Both the position numbers and the translations under genes were made by a program. A model generated the notes under the pieces. The model saw only the letters and a list, made by a program, of their open reading frames with translations, made no database searches and had not been told where the DNA came from. A stretch of DNA of 64,000 nucleotides, from contig CAXXVO010000017.1 in assembly GCA_963422645.2 (NCBI GenBank), forward strand, positions 160,001 to 224,000, written 5' to 3'. Each line of letters starts with the position of its first letter. The stretch's first letter is position 1. This document shows, piece after piece, positions 60,464-64,000 of the stretch. This stretch comes from Alphaproteobacteria bacterium (GTDB taxonomy: Bacteria; Pseudomonadota; Alphaproteobacteria; UBA828).

Positions 60464-61858
60464 TTAGACGACGACCACCTTCCCCGGATTCATCAGGTTG
60501 TGGGGGTCGACCGTCCGCTTGATGGTGCGCATCAGGTCGACCGCGCCGGCGCCGTGCTCGATCTCAAGATAGTCCAGCTTGCCGCAGCCGATGCCGTGCT
60601 CGCCCGTGCTGGTGCCGCCCATCGCGAGCGCGCGGTCGATCATGCGCTCGTTGAGGCGCTTCGCCTCCGCCATCTCGGCCGGATCCTCCGGGTCGATCAG
60701 GAAGCAGACGTGGAAGTTGCCGTCCCCCACGTGGCCCACGATCGGCGCGAGCAGGGGCGACGTATCGAGTTCCTTCTTGGTCTCGATCAGGCATTCGGCG
60801 AGGCGGGAAATCGGCACGCAGACGTCGGTCGCCCAACCCTTCTTGCCTGGTTGCAGCGCGAGGCAGGCGTAATAGACATCGTGCCGCGCTTGCCAGAGCG
60901 CGTTCCGTTCCTCCGGCTTGGTCGCCCAGCGGAAGTCGGAACCGCCGAACTCCTCGACGATCTCGCGCACCTGCTCCACCTGCTCAGCGACGCCCTGTTC
61001 GGTGCCGTGGAACTCGAAGAAGAGCGTGTCCTTGGGCGCGTAGTCGAGCTTCGAGAACTTGTTGCAGGCGTCCATCTGAATGTCGTCGAGCAGCTCCACG
61101 CGGGCGATCGGGATGCCCGACTGGATGGTCAGGATCACCGTGTTGACCGCCGCTTCCAGCGAGGGGAAGGAGCACACCGCTGCCGAGATCGCCTCGGGGA
61201 TGCCGTAGAGCTTGAGCGTGATCTCGGTCATCACGCCGAGCGTCCCCTCGGAGCCGACGAAGAGCCTCGTCAGGTCGTAGCCTGCCGCCGACTTGCGGGC
61301 GCGCCCGCCGGTCGTGATGATCTGCCCGTCGGGCAGCACCACGGTGAGGCCCAGCACGTTCTCCTTCAGCGTGCCGTAGCGCACGGCGTTGGTGCCGGAG
61401 GCACGCGTCGCGGTCATGCCGCCGAGCGTCGCGTCCGCTCCAGGATCGATAGGGAAGAAGAGCCCGGTATCGCGCAGGTATGTGTTGAGCTGCTTGCGCG
61501 TGACGCCGGCCTGGACGGTGACATCGAGGTCCTCCTGGCTCACCCGGAGAACCTTGTTCATCCGCCCCATGTCGAGGGTGACCCCGCCCTCCAGCGCGCA
61601 GACATTGCCTTCGACCGAGGTGCCCACCCCGTAGGGGACCATGGGCACGCCGTGCGCGGCGCAGATGCGGACGATCTCGGCAACCTCCTCCGTCGTCTCG
61701 GGGAAGGCCACCGCATCCGGCGGGCGCGGCGCGTGATAAGTCTCGCCGGTCGCGTGATGCTCGCATACCGCGCGCGAGGTCGAGAGCCGGTCACCCAAGA
61801 GAGCGCCGAGCTCGTCGACCGCGCTTTGTGTGTCTGTGGTCTTCAGAACCGTAGCCAT
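60464..61858 (-). CDS. FAD-linked oxidase, D-lactate dehydrogenase (cytochrome)/GlcD family
   Basis: FPIDPGADAT.GGM, GSEGTLG, GHVGDGNFH, TGEHGIG, NPGK. Confidence 0.9.
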   Translation of the reverse strand: MATVLKTTDTQSAVDELGALLGDRLSTSRAVCEHHATGETYHAPRPPDAVAFPETTEEVAEIVRICAAHGVPMVPYGVGTSVEGNVCALEGGVTLDMGRMNKVLRVSQEDLDVTVQAGVTRKQLNTYLRDTGLFFPIDPGADATLGGMTATRASGTNAVRYGTLKENVLGLTVVLPDGQIITTGGRARKSAAGYDLTRLFVGSEGTLGVMTEITLKLYGIPEAISAAVCSFPSLEAAVNTVILTIQSGIPIARVELLDDIQMDACNKFSKLDYAPKDTLFFEFHGTEQGVAEQVEQVREIVEEFGGSDFRWATKPEERNALWQARHDVYYACLALQPGKKGWATDVCVPISRLAECLIETKKELDTSPLLAPIVGHVGDGNFHVCFLIDPEDPAEMAEAKRLNERMIDRALAMGGTSTGEHGIGCGKLDYLEIEHGAGAVDLMRTIKRTVDPHNLMNPGKVVVV

Positions 61859-61889
61859 GGCAGCACTATAACGTGCAGCGCCGACAACG

Positions 61890-62660
61890 CTACCGGCGGT
61901 ATGAGGGGTCCTCCCGGTCGAGCCGGCGCAGCAGGGCCTCGAATCCGATCCTGGCCCATTCCACGTTACCGGTCCCCTGGCCGACCGAGGCTGTGCGCTC
62001 GATGACCGACTTCGGCGGCAGAACCGGCTTTCCGCCCGCCTGGGCTGCGATCTGGATTTCGCAGGTACGCTCCAAGTAGTGCATCAGCGTAAACGCCTCG
62101 GCGATGGAGCGCCCCCAGGTCAACGTGCCGTGGTTGCGCAGGAACATCATCCGCTTGTCACCCAGGTCGCGGACCAGGGTCCTCTGCTCGGCGGGCCTGA
62201 GGCCGGGGCCGTCACAGTCGTGATAGGCGATCCGGCCAGCGTGGGTGATCGCGAACTGGTTGATCGGCAGCAGCCCGTCCTTCTGCGCCGAGACGGCGAC
62301 GCCCGGCACCGTGTGCAGGTGCATCACGCTCTCCGCCTCCGGCACTGCCTCGAAGACGGTCCGGTGCACCACCCAGCCCGCCGGGTTGACCTCGCCCGGT
62401 GTCTTGCCGACGTTTTGGCCCTCGATGTCCACGGTCATCAGGCTCGATGCGGTCACCTCGTCGAAGAGCTGGCCGAACCCGATGAAGAGGTAGCGGTCGC
62501 GCTTGTCGGGAATCCGCACCGAGAGGTGGGTGTAGATCAGATCGTCCATGCCGCGCCGGTAGAACATGCGATAGCAGGCGGCGAGTTCGCGCCTGGCGTG
62601 CGTCTCGGCGCGCGAGCGGCGCGTCTTCCGTGTTGCCCTTGCACCCCCGTTTTGCGCCAT
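61890..62660 (-). CDS. Class II aldolase/adducin family protein
   Basis: DDLIYTHLS, FDEVTASSL, NPAG..VH, MHLHT, LRNHG; GGGGAGG RBS. Confidence 0.88.
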   Translation of the reverse strand: MAQNGGARATRKTRRSRAETHARRELAACYRMFYRRGMDDLIYTHLSVRIPDKRDRYLFIGFGQLFDEVTASSLMTVDIEGQNVGKTPGEVNPAGWVVHRTVFEAVPEAESVMHLHTVPGVAVSAQKDGLLPINQFAITHAGRIAYHDCDGPGLRPAEQRTLVRDLGDKRMMFLRNHGTLTWGRSIAEAFTLMHYLERTCEIQIAAQAGGKPVLPPKSVIERTASVGQGTGNVEWARIGFEALLRRLDREDPSYRR

Positions 62661-62783
62661 GTCGTCGTTCCTCCCCGGCACAATCAGAATAGCACGACCG
62701 GCGTCGCGCCCGGCGTTGCTGCGACTCGAGAATAGCCAGTATGACGGGAGACGGATTCCAGTATGGCGCGGTGCGATGAGGTG

Positions 62784-64000
62784 ATGTGGCGGCGCCGGGT
62801 TGCGTTGCTGGCTCTCAGTAGCTTGCTCACGGCGGCTGCCGCCGCCGGGACGTTGGCCGCGCCGGCGGTCACGGACGTTCGGGTCGGCCAGTACGCCGAC
62901 ATGACCCGGCTGGTCGTGGACCTCACCGAGCCGGTGGAGTTCAGTGTTTTTTCCCTGGCGAATCCCGCCCGCGTGGTGATCGATCTGACGGCGGTGAGCT
63001 GGGGCGTGGGGGAGCGAGTCCAAGCCATCGATCGCGGCGGCGTGGCGCAGTTACGCTTCGGTCAGTTCCGGCCAGACGTTGCCCGCATCGTGCTCGATCT
63101 CGACCAACCGCTGGCCGTGCGGCGGGCAGAGCTGCTGAAGCAGGAGGCGGATGCCCCGGTTGCCCACCGGCTGATCCTGGATCTCGCTCCGGTACCGCAG
63201 TCGGCGTTTCGGGCCACCATCCCTTCGTCTCGCCTTTCGGAGCCGGCCACGCAGGCACGACGGACCGCCCCGACAGAGCCCGTGCCGCTGCCGCAGTTCA
63301 AGCCGGCGCCCAAGCGCGTGCACTATCTGATCGCGATCGACGCCGGTCACGGCGGCCGCGATCCCGGCGCAATCGCAAGCAGCGGTCTGCAGGAAAAGGT
63401 CCTCGCGCTGACCTTTGCGCGCGAGCTTCGGGCGGAGCTCGAGGCCTCCGGCCGATATCGAGCCGTGATGACCCGCGATGGCGACCATAAGGTCAGCCTG
63501 CATCGGCGGGTCGAAATCGCCCGCGACGCCGGCGCCGATCTCTTCCTCTCCATCCACCTCGACCGTTTGAGCAACCGCGAGGTGCGCGGTGCGTCGGTCT
63601 ACACGCTCTCGGACGAGGCGTCGGACGTCGAGACCGCCGAGCTCGCAGCGCGCGAGAACAAGGCGGACATCGTTGCCGACGTCGATCTCTCCGAGGGCTA
63701 CGACGAAGAGGTGGCCAAGGTGCTGATTTCGATGGTTCAACAGAACACGATGAACTGTTCGGCGGTGCTGGCGGCGACGCTGCTGCCGGAGCTCGGTCGC
63801 GTTGCGCCGCTGATCAGCCGCCCGCATCGCTTCGGCGACTTCCGCGTCCTCAAGGCGCCGGACATTCCCTCGGTGCTGGTCGAGCTCGGGTTCCTCTCCA
63901 ACGATCAGGACGCGGAACGGCTGCGGAGCGACGGTCACCGGTGCATCCTGGCAGGTGCAATCGTCGAGGCGCTCGACACCTATTTTCGCGAGCCCTGCTA
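62784..64000 (+). CDS. amiC: N-acetylmuramoyl-L-alanine amidase with signal peptide and AMIN domain (ends at or past window edge)
   Basis: IDAGHGGRDPGA, EK..L, FLSIH.D, GASVYTLS, PSVLVELGFLSN; last two bases TA may begin the stop codon. Confidence 0.9.
   Translation, partial: MWRRRVALLALSSLLTAAAAAGTLAAPAVTDVRVGQYADMTRLVVDLTEPVEFSVFSLANPARVVIDLTAVSWGVGERVQAIDRGGVAQLRFGQFRPDVARIVLDLDQPLAVRRAELLKQEADAPVAHRLILDLAPVPQSAFRATIPSSRLSEPATQARRTAPTEPVPLPQFKPAPKRVHYLIAIDAGHGGRDPGAIASSGLQEKVLALTFARELRAELEASGRYRAVMTRDGDHKVSLHRRVEIARDAGADLFLSIHLDRLSNREVRGASVYTLSDEASDVETAELAARENKADIVADVDLSEGYDEEVAKVLISMVQQNTMNCSAVLAATLLPELGRVAPLISRPHRFGDFRVLKAPDIPSVLVELGFLSNDQDAERLRSDGHRCILAGAIVEALDTYFREPC

Noticed and set aside
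1-64000. CRISPR array, cas genes, tRNA, rRNA, prophage
   Set aside because: No regularly spaced repeats, cloverleaf, rRNA-like sequence or phage structural genes were recognised by eye.

Overview
High-GC alphaproteobacterial chromosome segment. Evidence for the assignment: a Ros/MucR regulator and the gene orders miaB-phoH-ybeY-corC-lnt, rpsM-rpsK-rpoA-rplQ and xseB-ispA-tlyA. It carries catabolic genes, two type II toxin-antitoxin modules and about 20 kb (~31%) of insertion sequence. The IS content is a three-level nest inside the start of phoH (IS4 > IS66 > unclassified IS), two matching IS21 copies whose four flanks are all broken genes, an IS66 at a start codon, and an IS stack at 41175-47180. 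The most striking signal is in that stack. Two different IS110-family recombinase elements each carry a long structured non-coding end containing short guide-like copies of their own insertion site and of their own end, as bridge/seek RNAs do. Each has inserted a few bases inside the tip of another IS (an IS21-type end and an IS3-type end). No rRNA, tRNA or CRISPR array was seen. All family assignments come from motif recognition by eye, not database searches.
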